From Eledone cirrhosa (Eukaryota), in contig OZ024744.1 in NCBI GenBank assembly GCA_964016885.1, forward strand, positions 78,368,001 to 78,432,000: 64,000 bases of DNA, written 5' to 3'. Numbering within the stretch: position 1 is the stretch's first letter; each line of letters opens with the position of its first letter. The translations under genes and the position numbers were made by a program. This document shows positions 1 to 15,412 of the stretch, piece by piece. Below the pieces are notes generated by a model. The model was not told where the DNA came from and did no database searches. It saw nothing but the letters and a program-made list of their open reading frames with translations.

Positions 1-303
1 ATATATATATTATATATATATTATATATATATATTATATATATATATTATATATATATATTATATATATATATTTTATATATATATATTATATATATATA
101 TTTTATATATATTTTATATATATATATTATATATATATATTTTATATATATTATATATATTATATATATATTATATATATATATTATATATATATTATAT
201 ATATATATTTTATATATATTATATATATATATTTTATATATATTTTATATATATATATATATATATTTTATATATATTATATATATATATATATATATTA
301 TAT

Positions 304-334
<31 letters not shown>

Positions 335-357
335 ATATATATATATTATATATATAT

Positions 358-412
<55 letters not shown>

Positions 413-825
413 ATTATATATATATTATATATATATTATATATATATATTATATATATATTATATATATATATTATATATATATATTATATATTATATAT
501 ATATATATATTATATATATATATTATATATATATTATATATATATATTATATATATATATTATATATATATATTATATTATATATATTATATTATATATA
601 TATATTATATTATATATATATATTATATATATATATTATATATATATATTATATATATATTATATATATATATTATATATATATATTATATATATATATT
701 ATATATATATATTATATATATATATTATATATATATATTATATATATATATTATATATATATATTATATATATATATATTATATATATATTATATATATA
801 TTATATATATATTATATATATATAT

Positions 826-868
<43 letters not shown>

Positions 869-1460
869 TATATATATTATATATATTATATATATTATAT
901 ATATTATATATTATATATATATTATATATATTATATATATTATATATATTATATATATTATATATATATATTATATATATTATATATATTATATATTATA
1001 TATTTTATATTATATTATATTATATATATTATATATTTTATATTATATTATATTATATATATTATATATATATATTATATATTATATTATATATTATATT
1101 ATATATATTATATATTATATTATATTATATTATATATATTATATATTATATTATATTATATTATATATATTATATATTATATTATATTATATATTATATT
1201 ATATATATTATATATTATATTATATTATATATATATATTATATTATATATTATATATTATATTATATATATTATATATTATATTATATTATATATATATA
1301 TTATATATTATATTATATATTATATTATATATATTATATATTATATTATATTATATTATATTATATATTATATTATATTATATATTATATATATATATAT
1401 ATATATAATAGGATATATATATAATATATAATATATAATATTATATATATATATAATATA
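1..1460. repeat. (TA)n microsatellite array with TT interruptions
   Basis: Almost purely A/T dinucleotide repeat. Confidence 0.98.
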
Positions 1461-4400
1461 CAGTACAACCTGTCTCATGGTCGGGTCGTTGGCGACTAAA
1501 CTGGCAACCCCACCAAGGTTTCTTGGTGAGGAGGGTGACTTTGGACATCAAAATAAAACGTGTTAAAGGGCAAAGGAACTCCTAGGAGCTCTTAAGAGCT
1601 CTTGGAGTCAATGGCCATCCAAAACCAACACAGCCCGCCGAAAGGCGCTGCAGTGCCGGAAAAGTCAACTTCCTGCTACTAGTATGCTGGTTAGCTAGTA
1701 CAACGTATCTCCAGATGGATAGTGGGTCCGTAGCTTTGGTTAGCGACTACTCTAGTGCTTGCAACACGAACAATTAGGGGAGGGTATAAATACCAGGTTG
1801 GTATCTGGCGCCGGGTAACCCACCACACGGATGAGAAAGCACCTTCTTCAAGACTTGGCTGTCAAATTCTTTCATATGTGTGTAGTAGTGGCGCCCACAC
1901 ACATTAGCTATTTGAAAAGATGATGGATTTCACAACTAACTGCACCAGGTTTCCTGTTCCTCAGGGAACCACACTATATGGTATACCTGTTGATATAGGT
2001 CCAGCCCCTGCTTTCCCCGGTCCTGTTTCTGATCATAATGCACCTACAAAGGCATCAAATGATGATGAATCCTCAAATCTCAAGGGACGGGGTTCATCTG
2101 ATGGAGAAGAAACAGGTCCTAACCAAACAACAAGCAAATCTCGCTTGGCTAGCTGTAAAAAGCAAATAATAGTTAGCTCCTTGAACACCAGAACCCTCCT
2201 TCCAACAGGTAGACTCCAGGAGCTGGCAGAGAATGCCAAACTTCAGAACATTGACCTCCTTGCGGTCCAAGAACACCGCTTTTTCCACCCAAAGGATGAT
2301 CTCAAGTATCACACCCTAGGATCCTACCAACTTGTCACCTCTTCAGCCACCAAGAACCCTGTCAATGCCTCCGTTGGAGGAGTCGGCTGCCTTCTCTCAT
2401 CTAAAGCCAGCAATAATCTTCTGGGGATTGAAACAATCTCTCCCAGAATCTTGGTGCTTACACTAGAGGGCAATCCTAGAACCACTGCGATATGTGTATA
2501 CAGTCCTCATAACGCCTCTCCTGAGGATGAGGTAAGAGAATTCTACACGGCCCTTCGCACAGTTGTTGAGCAAGTACCCTTACACAACTTTCTTATCACT
2601 GGAGACCTCAACGCTCAACTTGGCCCGGATGAAGTAAGGTTCACATACAATAGGGTTACTAACCGAAACGGGGAATATCTCAAGGACTTCATGGAAGAAT
2701 TCAGTCTATTCAGCTCAAACAACAGCTTCATGAAGACCAGAGGCCGGCTTTGGACCTTCGAATACCCAAACCAAAAACGAGCTCAGATTAACTATTTGAT
2801 ATTTCGCAAGAAATGGAGAAACTCAATCAAAGATTCTAGATCTTATTCCTCCTTTAGCTCTGTTGGCTCAGATCATCGAGTCATCTCGGCAACAATCAAA
2901 CTTAGCCTCAGGATATCCAAGAGGGCCGAACCTCATCCCATGAAAAGAATAGACTGGAAAGCTGTTTCTTCCAACAAACAACTATCCAATAGCTTCACGC
3001 TTCAAGTCTATAAAAGATTTCAATCTCTCTCAACTTCTGACATCAATGACGATAATATTGAGGATGTGCATGACTGTCTTAAGCAATCAACAGAGGAAGT
3101 TGCACTTGCCACTCTACCTAAAAAGAAAAGCCGAAGCCAAATGAAACCTAGTGCTTCAGAGAAGGTAGTTGAGGCAAGGGCCCATCTTAGGTCAATATCC
3201 CAATCTCACCATCAATCACCATCTCAAGGGAAAAAGATAGAGCTTATCATGGCCCAAAAATCACTAGACGACGCTTATCTTAATGCTGAAGCCGACTATA
3301 TCTCGGGTAGGATTGATCAGCTATCGCAACATCACATCAGCAAACACCATCATCTTGCTTGGAAGGTTGTCAAAGATCTTTCAAGCAAAAACTTAAACTC
3401 TGCAGTTAGAATCAAGGGAGGCTCTGCCAAAAAAACGTCTTGAAAATTGGTCTGCTGATTTTAAAAACCTTCTAGGGGGAAAAGGCCAGACTCCCTGATA
3501 ACTATCAACTGCCATCCGTTCAAGTTTCAGAGCCTCTAGGAATCAACACCTCTCCTTTCACCATGCCTGAGCTCAAAGAAGCCATCAAACAGCTCAAAGC
3601 CTCAAAAGCCTTTGGGCCGGATAATATACCTACTCTGATTTGGAAGGATGAGCATTTCCACATCCTTTTGCTCAACTTATGTAACCATACTTTCGAGACC
3701 AATAAACCACCTAGCGTCTGGCATGCAGCTCAAATTATCCCCATGCCCAAAAAAGATCTTTCTTTAGCCACCAACTATAGAGGAATTTCTCTCATGGCAA
3801 TTGCTGCAAAAATATACAAGCTTCTTCTTAACCGCTTAATCCCATTTCTTGAGCCAATCCTTCGTAACAACCAGAATGGATTTAGGAGAGGTAGATCAAC
3901 ACTTAGCCAGATTCTCTGCCTTCGCCGACTTATAGAGGAGTCCCAAAACCGCAATCTAGACCTTGCACTCATCTTTGTTGATTTTTCAAGAGCCTTCGAC
4001 TCAGTTGACAGGTCGGTGATGTTTGAAATTCTACAACTCTATGGGATTCCTGATAAAATCATCGCGGCCATACGTGTAATGTATACAGATACCAAATCAA
4101 CTGTCCTGACCCCAGATGGGGAAACACCACCTTTCTCAATCCTCGCTGGAATTTTACAGGGCGATACCCTTGCTCCGTATCTATTTATCATTGTTGTGGA
4201 TTATGTTTTGCGCATGTCTGTGGATAGGATTCAGGATAGGGGATACCAACTACATCCTAGGAGAAGCTCACGCTACCCAGCAAAATACTTGACCGACACC
4301 GACTTTGCTGACGACATCGCATTGATCAGTCGGTCACTGGAAAATGCTGAGTCTTTTGAAGTCATTAGAGCAAGCGTCCAACTGTGTTGGACTGTACCTC

Positions 4401-4606
4401 AACGAATCCAAGACTGAGTGTGTGAACAGATGCGCAAACAGCCCAAACTACCCCATCAGAACCCTTAATGGTACCACCCTTAAGCAGGTGGAAGATTACA
4501 AGTATCTTGGCTCATATATCTCCTCTCCCAAAAAAGATTTTCTAACCAGGAAGGGAATGACATGCACGCCATATGGACATCTGGAAACGACATCCCACCT
4601 TGTCTA
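1461..4606 (+). mobile_element. Non-LTR retrotransposon (APE endonuclease + RT, RTE/RTE-X-like), frameshifted, 5' end retained, 3' end lost
   Basis: ORF 1920-3443 has APE motifs (SLNTRTL, AVQEHR, GDLNAQ, SDH). ORFs 3563-4607 have RT motifs (NYRGISL, QNGFRRGRST, FVDFSRAFDSV, GILQGD, FADD, YKYLGS). About 450 nt of GC-richer leader. Confidence 0.9.
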
Positions 4607-4983
4607 AAATCTATGGCAAACTGCCCTTCTAAAATCCCGGAGAACTCAATTTCTGTCACCGTGTCAGCAATGAAATCATATCCGCTCGCTTGCTCTGGAA
4701 CCCTGACTCCAGCCTGACTAGGAGATGGTGATACTGTCCGTTTTACTCTCTCATATCATCTGCTTATCTCTATCTACAACCCACACATTTTGCTACTTTC
4801 TCTTTTATACTTCAAATTATTACATTTCATACGAAACGACAATTATTCAAAAGCAACAAACATTTATTCAACAACAGGCGATAAATCTTTTTTAAAACCT
4901 CTTTTCCAAATGCATACAAACACACACTCACTTCAACAACAACAATCTGCCTTTTATAGATAATGATAAACAATAATATCCTC

Positions 4984-5224
4984 TGAGGTCACTAAACCTG
5001 CTAGAAACAGCAGCTAACTCTCCCCCATACCACACCCCTCCCTACTATCTTAAATTTAGAAAACATATCTTCTATGAGGTCACTAAACCTGCTAGAAACA
5101 GCAGCTAACTCTCCCCCATATCACACCACTCCCTACTGTCTTAAATTTAGAAAATATATCTTCTATGAGGTCACTAAACTCCCTCATATCACAACCCTCC
5201 CTACTGTCTTAAATTTAGAAAACA
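4984..5224. repeat. Tandem repeat, 91-bp unit, about 2.6 copies
   Basis: TGAGGTCACTAAAC starts at 4984, 5075 and 5166; the third unit is internally deleted. Confidence 0.9.
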
Positions 5225-5300
5225 CAGACAACCATGCAGAACAACTCCATTGCAGCTCTGTTATATTATATATATATACATATGTTATATATATATAATA

Positions 5301-5580
5301 GTGGTTAGAGTGGTTAGAGCATTGGGCTTGCAATCGAAAGACACTTTTTTTCGCATTGCTCCAGTTTACTCAGCTGTAGAAATGAGATGATAGGGACTAG
5401 GGTCCCTATCATTCCACTGCAAAGTGGTCGTGGACGTGCCACAGCAAAAAAGCACCCAGCACTCACTGTAAATGAGGTTGGTGTTAGGAAGGGCATCCAG
5501 CTGTAGAAATCAAGCCAGAATCAGTTCCCGTCCCACCCTTGCAAGCAGGGAAAAGCGGACGTAAAATGAAATGATGATGA
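5301..5580 (+). mobile_element. tRNA-derived SINE-like chimera with RTE 3' tail
   Basis: A-box-like head GTGGTTAGAGCATTGGGCTTGCAATC; body shared with the RTE 3' UTR at 23816-23972; terminal CCCTTGCAAGCAGGGAAAAGCGGACGTAAAATG(ATG)n. Confidence 0.7.
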
Positions 5581-6614
5581 TATATATAATGTATATATAT
5601 AATATATATTATATGTATATATATAATATATATTATATGTATATATATAATATATATTATATGTATATATATAATATATATTATATGTATATATATTATA
5701 TGTATATATATATATATATTATATATGTATATATATATTGTATGTATATATATATTGTATGTATATATATATTGTATGTATATATATATTGTATGTATAT
5801 ATATATTGTATGTATATATATATTATATGTATATATATATTGTATGTATATATATATTATATGTATATATATATTGTATGTATATATATATTATATGTAT
5901 ATATATATTGTATGTATATATATATTATATGTATATATATATTATATGTATATATATATTATATGTATATATATATTATATGTATATATATATTATATGT
6001 ATATATATATTATATGTATATATATATTATATGTATATATATTATATATGTATATATATTATATATGTATATATATTATATATGTATATATATTATATAT
6101 GTATATATATATTATATATGTATATATATATTATATATGTATATATATATTATATATGTATATATATATTATATATGTATATATATATTATATATGTATA
6201 TATATATTATATATGTATATATATATTATATATGTATATATATATGTATATGTATATATATATGTATATGTATATATATATGTATATGTATATGTATATA
6301 TATATGTATATGTATATATATATGTATATATATATGTATATGTATATTATATATGTATATGTATATTATATATGTATATGTATATTATATATGTATATGT
6401 ATATTATATATGTATATGTATATTATATATGTATATGTATATTATATATGTATGTATATTATATATGTATGTATATTATATATGTATGTATATTATATAT
6501 GTATATATATATTGTATATATATATATATATTGTATATGTATATTGTATATGTATATGTATATTATATATGTATATGTATATTATATATGTATATGTATA
6601 TGTATATTATATGT
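5581..6614. repeat. TA-derived minisatellite (TATATATTATATATG-type units)
   Basis: Direct reading of the sequence. Confidence 0.97.
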
Positions 6615-9098
6615 ATCATCATCATCATCAACGTTTAACGTCCGTGTTCCACGCTTGCATGGGTTTGGACGGGGGTAGTCCCACTTGAGGCAAGAGTGAT
6701 TGTCTTGCTCGCATAGGACTGTCTGGCAGGTTTTCTACAGTTGGATGCCCTTCCTAACACCAACCACATTTACAGTGTGGGTCTGGGAGGTTTTTACCGT
6801 GTTGCCTACATGGCCACATTACAGCGTGGACTGTGTGTTTTTTTGTCGTGACACCTACACGATCTCATTTGTTTCGGCCTCGATGGCGCGGCACCAACAT
6901 AACTTTACATAGAACGGGGTGGTGGTGGTGGGACGGGGTGTATTTTGTTAGAGATGCCTACTGGCTGGAGTAGGTTTTACTATATATTTAGGTAAGGCGG
7001 GTCTTCTCTGTTACTGAGTACCGCCAAAGGTCTCGGTCCAGTGACATTGTCTTGGAGAGGTGTAAGTGTGTGAGGTCGGAATTTATCAGGTCGTCCCAGG
7101 TTTTTCTGGGTCTGCCTACTCCGTGGCTACCGTCTATCTTTATTGCCCTGCACTTTGTTATATAGCTATCGACTTTCATGCGCATCACGTGTCCATACCA
7201 ACGTAGCCTTCTCTCGAGTAAACAACATCTGATCCCTCTTATCTCTAATTTTTTCCTTAGTTCGTTTATGCTTTGCCGTTCACGTATATTACTGTTACAC
7301 ATCCAGCGGAGCATGCAAGCTTCGTTCCTCTCTAGTCTGCGTATATCCTCTGCACACAATGCCCAGGTCTCGCTGCCATGCAGCATAGCTGTTCGTATGC
7401 AGGCATCGTACAACCTGCCTTTCATTTTTAGTGAGAACCCTTTAGCAGCTAATAGTGGTATAAGCTCTCTGAACTTTTTCCAACCAGTTCTGACTCTAGC
7501 TACAGTACTTTCAGAGCACCCTCCCCCACTGCTGATTTTATCGCCCAGGTAACGGAAGCTGTCCACTATTTCTATAGAACCCTCTGCGCAATTGAAAGAG
7601 CTAGTAGTTTGTGGGCACTTGCTGCTACTTATTGCACCAGAGCACCGGCCACATGTAAAATCTATGTTCTTAGTTAGCTTACCTGTGATCCCACTACATC
7701 TTTTATGCACCCATACTTTGTATTTAGGACATAAAATGGAGTTTCTACCTACGCCTTTCCTACACACCGAGCACGACCATTTCCCAGAAGGGACCGCCGC
7801 CTTGTTTTCTTTCCTACAAACTAGTACTTTGGTCTTAGCCAGGTTAATTTTAAGTCCTTTTGACTCTAGGCCGTGCTTCCATGTTTGGAATTTCTTCTCT
7901 AGCTCGGCCATTGATTCCGCTATGAGTGTCAGGTCGTCTGCGTTATAGGAGTTCCCATGGGCAGCCTGTCTTGAACTCCTCTGTTTATAGCCTGAAGGGC
8001 AATAATAAATAGTAGTGGGCTGAGAACAGAGCCTGATGGACGCCAACTTTTACGCTAAACTCTTCACTATATTCGTTGTTAATTCTAACCTTGCTGACTG
8101 TTTCTTTATACATGGCTTGTATAGCCCTCACAAGCCATTCGTCAACGCCTAGTTTTCTAAGAGCCCACCAGATAATGGAGCGGGGGACTCTGTCGAGGGC
8201 TTTCTCCAAGTCGACAAAAGCTAAGTAGAGGGTTTACCTTTAGCTAGGTACTTCTCCTGTAGTTGTCGTACTATGAAAAGAGCGTCTGTGGTACTTTTGC
8301 CTGACACAAACCCGAACTGCATTTCATCTAGGTCAATTCTCTCTCTGATTAGTTGCGCTATTACTTTTTCCGTGACCTTCATGACCTGGTCGATTAATTT
8401 AATGCCTCTATAGTTACTCCTATCTAGGGCGTCTCCTTTACCCTTATAACAGTTAACGATGATTCTGCTATGCCAGTCCTTCGGAACAACCCCATTCTGT
8501 ACGACTTGGTTAACTATGCGGGTGACCATGGTGTGTCCCACCGTGCCAGATGCCTTCAGCATCTCAGCAACTATTTCCGAAGGCCCAGCCGCTTTACCCG
8601 TCTTCATATCCTTGATTGCCTTACTTATTATACTCCCCTCGACTAACACTGCTGGTCCCTCTATTGGGTCGATATGGGGGAGACTGCCTTTCTCCCAATT
8701 ATTCTCCTCATTTAGTAGCCTTTCATAGTGACACTTCCAAGCTACCTTCTTATCAGCGTCGGTGATGGCAAGTGTGCCATCGTCGTTTAGTACACACTTC
8801 TCCCCGACAATATCACGGTTTTCCTTGACGCATTGCCTAGCAATCCTGAACACCTCACGTTTTTGGTCATCGCGTTGTAGAACATGCTTGAACTTTCTTT
8901 CCTCAGCTTCCCTTCTTGCTAAGTACACTTGTCTCCTAGCTTCCCTCCTGGCCACTTGATAGTCCTCTCTACTTCCCCCATCCCGCCATACTTTCCAAGC
9001 CTGCTTTTTGGCCTTAATTGACCCCTCCACCTTACTGTTCCACCACCATGTTACTCTCCTCCTGCCTACAGGCCTGCTCCAGCCACAGACTTCGTTGT
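6615..9098 (-). mobile_element. RTE-clade LINE, 5'-truncated (subfamily A1), with 3' UTR and (ATG)n tail
   Basis: Minus-strand ORFs 8221-9030, 7985-8209 and 6988-8046 carry NYRGIKL, QFGFV, GVHQ, ADD, FRYLG and RLRWYGHV; (CAT)n at 6615; several frameshifts. Confidence 0.93.
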
Positions 9099-11673
9099 GT
9101 GTATATATATATTATATGTATATATATATTATATGTATATATATATTATATGTATATATATATTATATGTATATATATATTATATATGTATATATATATT
9201 ATATATGTATATATATATTATATATGTATATATATATTATATATGTATATATATATTATATATGTATATATTATATATGTATATATTATAATGTATATAT
9301 TATATATGTATGTATATATTATATATGTATGTATATATTATATATGTATATATATATTATATATGTATATATATATTATATGTATATATATATTATATAT
9401 GTATATATATATTATATATGTATATATATATATATGTATATATATATTATATATGTATATATTATATATGTATATATTATATATGTATATATTATATATG
9501 TATATATTATATATGTATATATATATTATATATGTATATATATATTATATATGTATATTATATATTATATATTATATATGTATATATTATATATGTATAT
9601 ATTATATATTATATATTATATATGTATATATTATATATGTATATATTATATATGTATATATTATATATGTATATATTATATATGTATGTATATATTATAT
9701 ATGTATATATATATTATATATGTATATATATATATATATGTATGTATATATATATATGTATATATATATTATATATGTATATATATATTATATATGTATA
9801 TATATATTATATATGTATATATATATTATATATGTATATATATATTATATATGTATATATATATTATATATGTATATATATTATATATGTATATATATAT
9901 TATATATGTATATATATGTATATATATATTATATATGTATATATATATTATATATGTATATATATATTATATATGTATATATATAAATATTATATATTAT
10001 ATATGTATATATATATTATATATGTATATATATATTATATATGTATATATATATTATATATGTATATATATATTATATATGTATATATATATTATATATG
10101 TATATATATATTATATATGTATATATATATTATATATGTATATATATATTATATATGTATATATATATTATATATGTATATATATATTATATATGTATAT
10201 ATATATTATATATGTATATATATATTATATATGTATATATATATTATATATGTATATATATATTATATATGTATATATATATTATATATGTATATATATA
10301 TTATATATGTATATATATATTATATATGTATATATATATTATATATGTATATATATATTATATATGTATATATTATATATGTATATATTATATATGTATA
10401 TATTATATATGTATATATTATATATGTATATATTATATATGTATATATTATATATGTATATATTATATATGTATATATTATATATGTATATATATATTAT
10501 ATATGTATATATATATTATATATGTATATATATATTATATATGTATATATATATTATATATGTATATATATATTATATATGTATATATATATTATATATG
10601 TATATATATATTATATATGTATATATATATTATATATGTATATATATATTATATATGTATATATATATGTATATATATATTATATATGTATATATATATT
10701 ATATATGTATATATATATTATATATGTATATATATATTATATATGTATATATATATTATATATGTATATATATATTATATATGTATATATATATTATATA
10801 TGTATATATATATTATATATGTATATATATATTATATATGTATATATATATTATATATGTATATATATATTATATATGTATATATATATTATATATGTAT
10901 ATATATATTATATATGTATATATATATTATATATGTATATATATATTATATATGTATATATATATTATATATGTATATATATATTATATATGTATATATA
11001 TATTATATATGTATATATATATTATATATGTATATATATATTATATATGTATATATATATTATATGTATATATATATTATATATGTATGTATATATTATA
11101 TATGTATGTATATATTATATATGTATATATATATTATATATGTATGTATATATTATATATGTATGTATATATTATATATGTATGTATATATTATATATGT
11201 ATGTATATATTATATATGTATGTATATATTATATATGTATATATTATATATGTATATATTATATATGTATATATTATATGTATATATTATATGTATATAT
11301 TATATGTATTATATGTATATTATATGTATATATATGTATATTGTATGTATATATATATATATTGTATGTATATATATATATATTGTATGTATATATATAT
11401 ATATTGTATGTATATATATATATATTGTATGTATATATATATATATTGTATGTATATATATATATATTGTATGTATATATATATATTGTATGTATATATT
11501 GTATGTATATATATATATATATTATATGTATATATATATATATTATATGTATATATATATATATTATATGTATATATATATATATATTATATGTATATAT
11601 ATATATTATATGTATATATATATATTATATGTATATATAGATAATGTATGTATATATAGATAATGTATGTATA
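9099..11673. repeat. TA-derived minisatellite, dominated by a 17-bp unit GTATATATATATTATAT
   Basis: Direct reading of the sequence. Confidence 0.97.
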
Positions 11674-12484
11674 TCTATATATATAAAACTGTGGTTGTCT
11701 GTCTGTCTATCGATTTTTGGCACACATCTCCTCTTAGAATCTCTTACGGAATTGCACCGAAATTGCTAGACTTGTACATTGAGCCCTAGCGAAGACATCG
11801 GGGAAAAAAAAATTTCAAATTGACCCACCCTATGTGACGAAATCGAATATAATGTATCGATTTTTGAGCGTAAGTGATCAGTTATTTCCCTTTGTTCTGT
11901 TTACATTGAGCGTCTTACGTAAAAAATTACGCTGGCTTTCTCAGTGTTTAAAATGACACAAAATATTGACCTGCAAAATTCATCAGTTCGAACACTAAGT
12001 TTCCGTTTTGCTTCATTTCCATTTAAAAGCATTTTAAAACAATATTTTTACTTGAAAACAAGTCTATTTAAAGACTACGTAAAACAAGCAAATATTTCGT
12101 CGTTAGGCATGCAGAGAGGTGATATAGGCGTGCAGACAGACAGTCGTGCAGAGAGGTGATATAGGCGTGCAGACGGACATAACTGATAATTTGGTTACGC
12201 TAATGTTTTTCTCTGCGTTGCAGTGTTTACATTTTCGATCTTTGTTAATAAATAACCAGTGCAGTTTCTATCCCCAGCATCCTCTTTTGTTATAACATTC
12301 GGGTTATCGTTATGTTTTCTTAACTTCATAAGGCATATTGTTGGTTGAGGGAATATTTATCAAAAACACCACATGCAAGTCTGCACAGTAGACACTACAG
12401 TTTTTAGGCCAAGAAAGAAACTTAATATTGTAACTTTAACACAGCTACTGAGCGACCCCGAGCAACGCCGGGCTTTACTGTTAG
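11674..12484 (+). mobile_element. Non-autonomous Helitron-like element
   Basis: A|TC 5' end (TCTATATATATAAAA) followed by (GTCT)n; subterminal GC hairpin CCCGAGCAACGCCGGG about 12 nt before a TTAG|T end (a CTAG variant); inserted between A and T. Confidence 0.7.
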
Positions 12485-12629
12485 TATATAATATATGTAT
12501 ATAGATAATATATGTATATAGATAATATATGTATATAAATAATATGTGTATATATAGATAATATATGTGTATATATATATATATGTGTATATATATATAT
12601 AATATGTATATATATATATATAATATATG

Positions 12630-12663
<34 letters not shown>

Positions 12664-13020
12664 ATATATGTATATATATATATATATATTATATGTATAT
12701 ATATATATTACATGTATATATATTATATGTATATATATATATATATTATATGTATATATATATATTATATATATATTATATGTATATATATATATATATA
12801 TTATATGTATATATATATATTATATGTATATATATATTATATGTATATATATATATTATATGTATATATATATATTATATGTATATATATATATTATATG
12901 TATATATATATATTATATGTATATATATAATATATGTATATATATATATTATATGTATATATATATATTATATGTATATATGTATATATATATATTATGT
13001 ATATATGTATATATATATAT

Positions 13021-13054
<34 letters not shown>

Positions 13055-13065
13055 ATATATATATA

Positions 13066-13131
<66 letters not shown>

Positions 13132-13318
13132 ATATATTATATATATATTATATATATATATATATTATATATATTATATATATTATATTATATATATATA
13201 TATATTATATATATTATATATATATATATTATATATATATATATATTATATATATTATATATATATATATTATATATATATATATATTATATATATTATA
13301 TATATATATTATATATAT

Positions 13319-13384
<66 letters not shown>

Positions 13385-13550
13385 TATATATATATATACA
13401 TATATTATATATATTATATATATATATATATATTATATATATTATATATATATATTATATATATTATATATATATATATATTATATATATTATATATATT
13501 ATATATATATTATATATATTATATATATTATATATATATTATATATATTA

Positions 13551-13597
<47 letters not shown>

Positions 13598-13630
13598 ATT
13601 TATATATATATGTATATATATATTTATATG

Positions 13631-13662
<32 letters not shown>

Positions 13663-13703
13663 TTATATATATTTATATATATATGTATATATATATTTAT
13701 ATG

Positions 13704-13735
<32 letters not shown>

Positions 13736-13854
13736 TTATATATATTTATATATATATGTATATATATATTTATATATATATGTATATATATATGTATATA
13801 TATATATATATTATATATATTATATATATGTATATATATATTTATATGTATATC

Positions 13855-13885
<31 letters not shown>

Positions 13886-13943
13886 TATATATATATGTAT
13901 GTATATATTATATATATATGTATGTATATATTATATATATATG

Positions 13944-13975
<32 letters not shown>

Positions 13976-14028
13976 GTATATATATATATATATATTATAT
14001 GTATATATGTATGTATATATATATATAT

Positions 14029-14061
<33 letters not shown>

Positions 14062-14123
14062 TATATGTATATATGTATATATATATATATTATATATATG
14101 TATATATGTATATATATATATAT

Positions 14124-14156
<33 letters not shown>

Positions 14157-14390
14157 TATATATATATATGTATATATGTATATATATATGTATATATATA
14201 TATGTATATATTATATATATATATGTATATATATATTGTATATGTATATATATATATATTATATATAATATATGTATATATATATGTATATATTATATAT
14301 ATATATGTATATATATATTATATATATATGTATATATATATATATATTATATATATATATTATATATGTATATTATATATATATATATAT

Positions 14391-14422
<32 letters not shown>

Positions 14423-14450
14423 ATATATATATATGTATATATATATATAT

Positions 14451-14513
<63 letters not shown>

Positions 14514-14543
14514 ATGTATATATATGTATATATATATATATAT

Positions 14544-14574
<31 letters not shown>

Positions 14575-14821
14575 TATATATATATATTATATATATATAT
14601 TGTCCCACCCTTGCAAGCAGGGAAAAGCGGACGTAAAATGATGATGATGATGATATTATATATGTATATTATATATATTATATATATATATGTATATATA
14701 TATATTATATATATTATATATATATATGTATATATATATATTATATGTATATATGTATATATATATTATATATCTATATATATATTATATGTATATATAT
14801 ATATTATATATATTATATATA

Positions 14822-14870
<49 letters not shown>

Positions 14871-15059
14871 ATTATATATATATGTATATATATATATTAT
14901 ATATATATTATATATATATTATATATATATTATATATATATTATATATATATATTATATATATTATATATATATTATATATATATTATATATATATATTA
15001 TATATATTATATATATATTATATATATATTATATATATATATTATATATATATTATATA

Positions 15060-15098
<39 letters not shown>

Positions 15099-15143
15099 TA
15101 TATATATATATATATTATATATTATATATATATATATATTATA

Positions 15144-15224
<81 letters not shown>

Positions 15225-15265
15225 TATATATTATATATATACATATATATATATATATTATATAT

Positions 15266-15299
<34 letters not shown>

Positions 15300-15412
15300 A
15301 TATGATTATATATATATATATGTATATATATATTATATATATTATGTATATGTATATATTATATATATTATATATATATATATATATGTATATATTATAT
15401 ATATATATATAT
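12485..15412. repeat. TA-derived array
   Basis: Direct reading; interrupted at 14602-14654 by an RTE tail. Confidence 0.97.
14602..14654 (+). mobile_element. Isolated ~50-nt 3' terminus of RTE subfamily B
   Basis: GTCCCACCCTTGCAAGCAGGGAAAAGCGGACGTAAA(ATG)n matches 35718-35767. Confidence 0.9.

Noticed and set aside
4984-5224. Repeat units resembling a CRISPR array
   Set aside because: Eukaryotic context, head-to-tail 91-bp units without unique spacers, and no cas genes.
5301-5345. Possible tRNA gene
   Set aside because: Only an A-box and anticodon-arm-like half is present, with no T-arm or acceptor stem; it is a SINE head.
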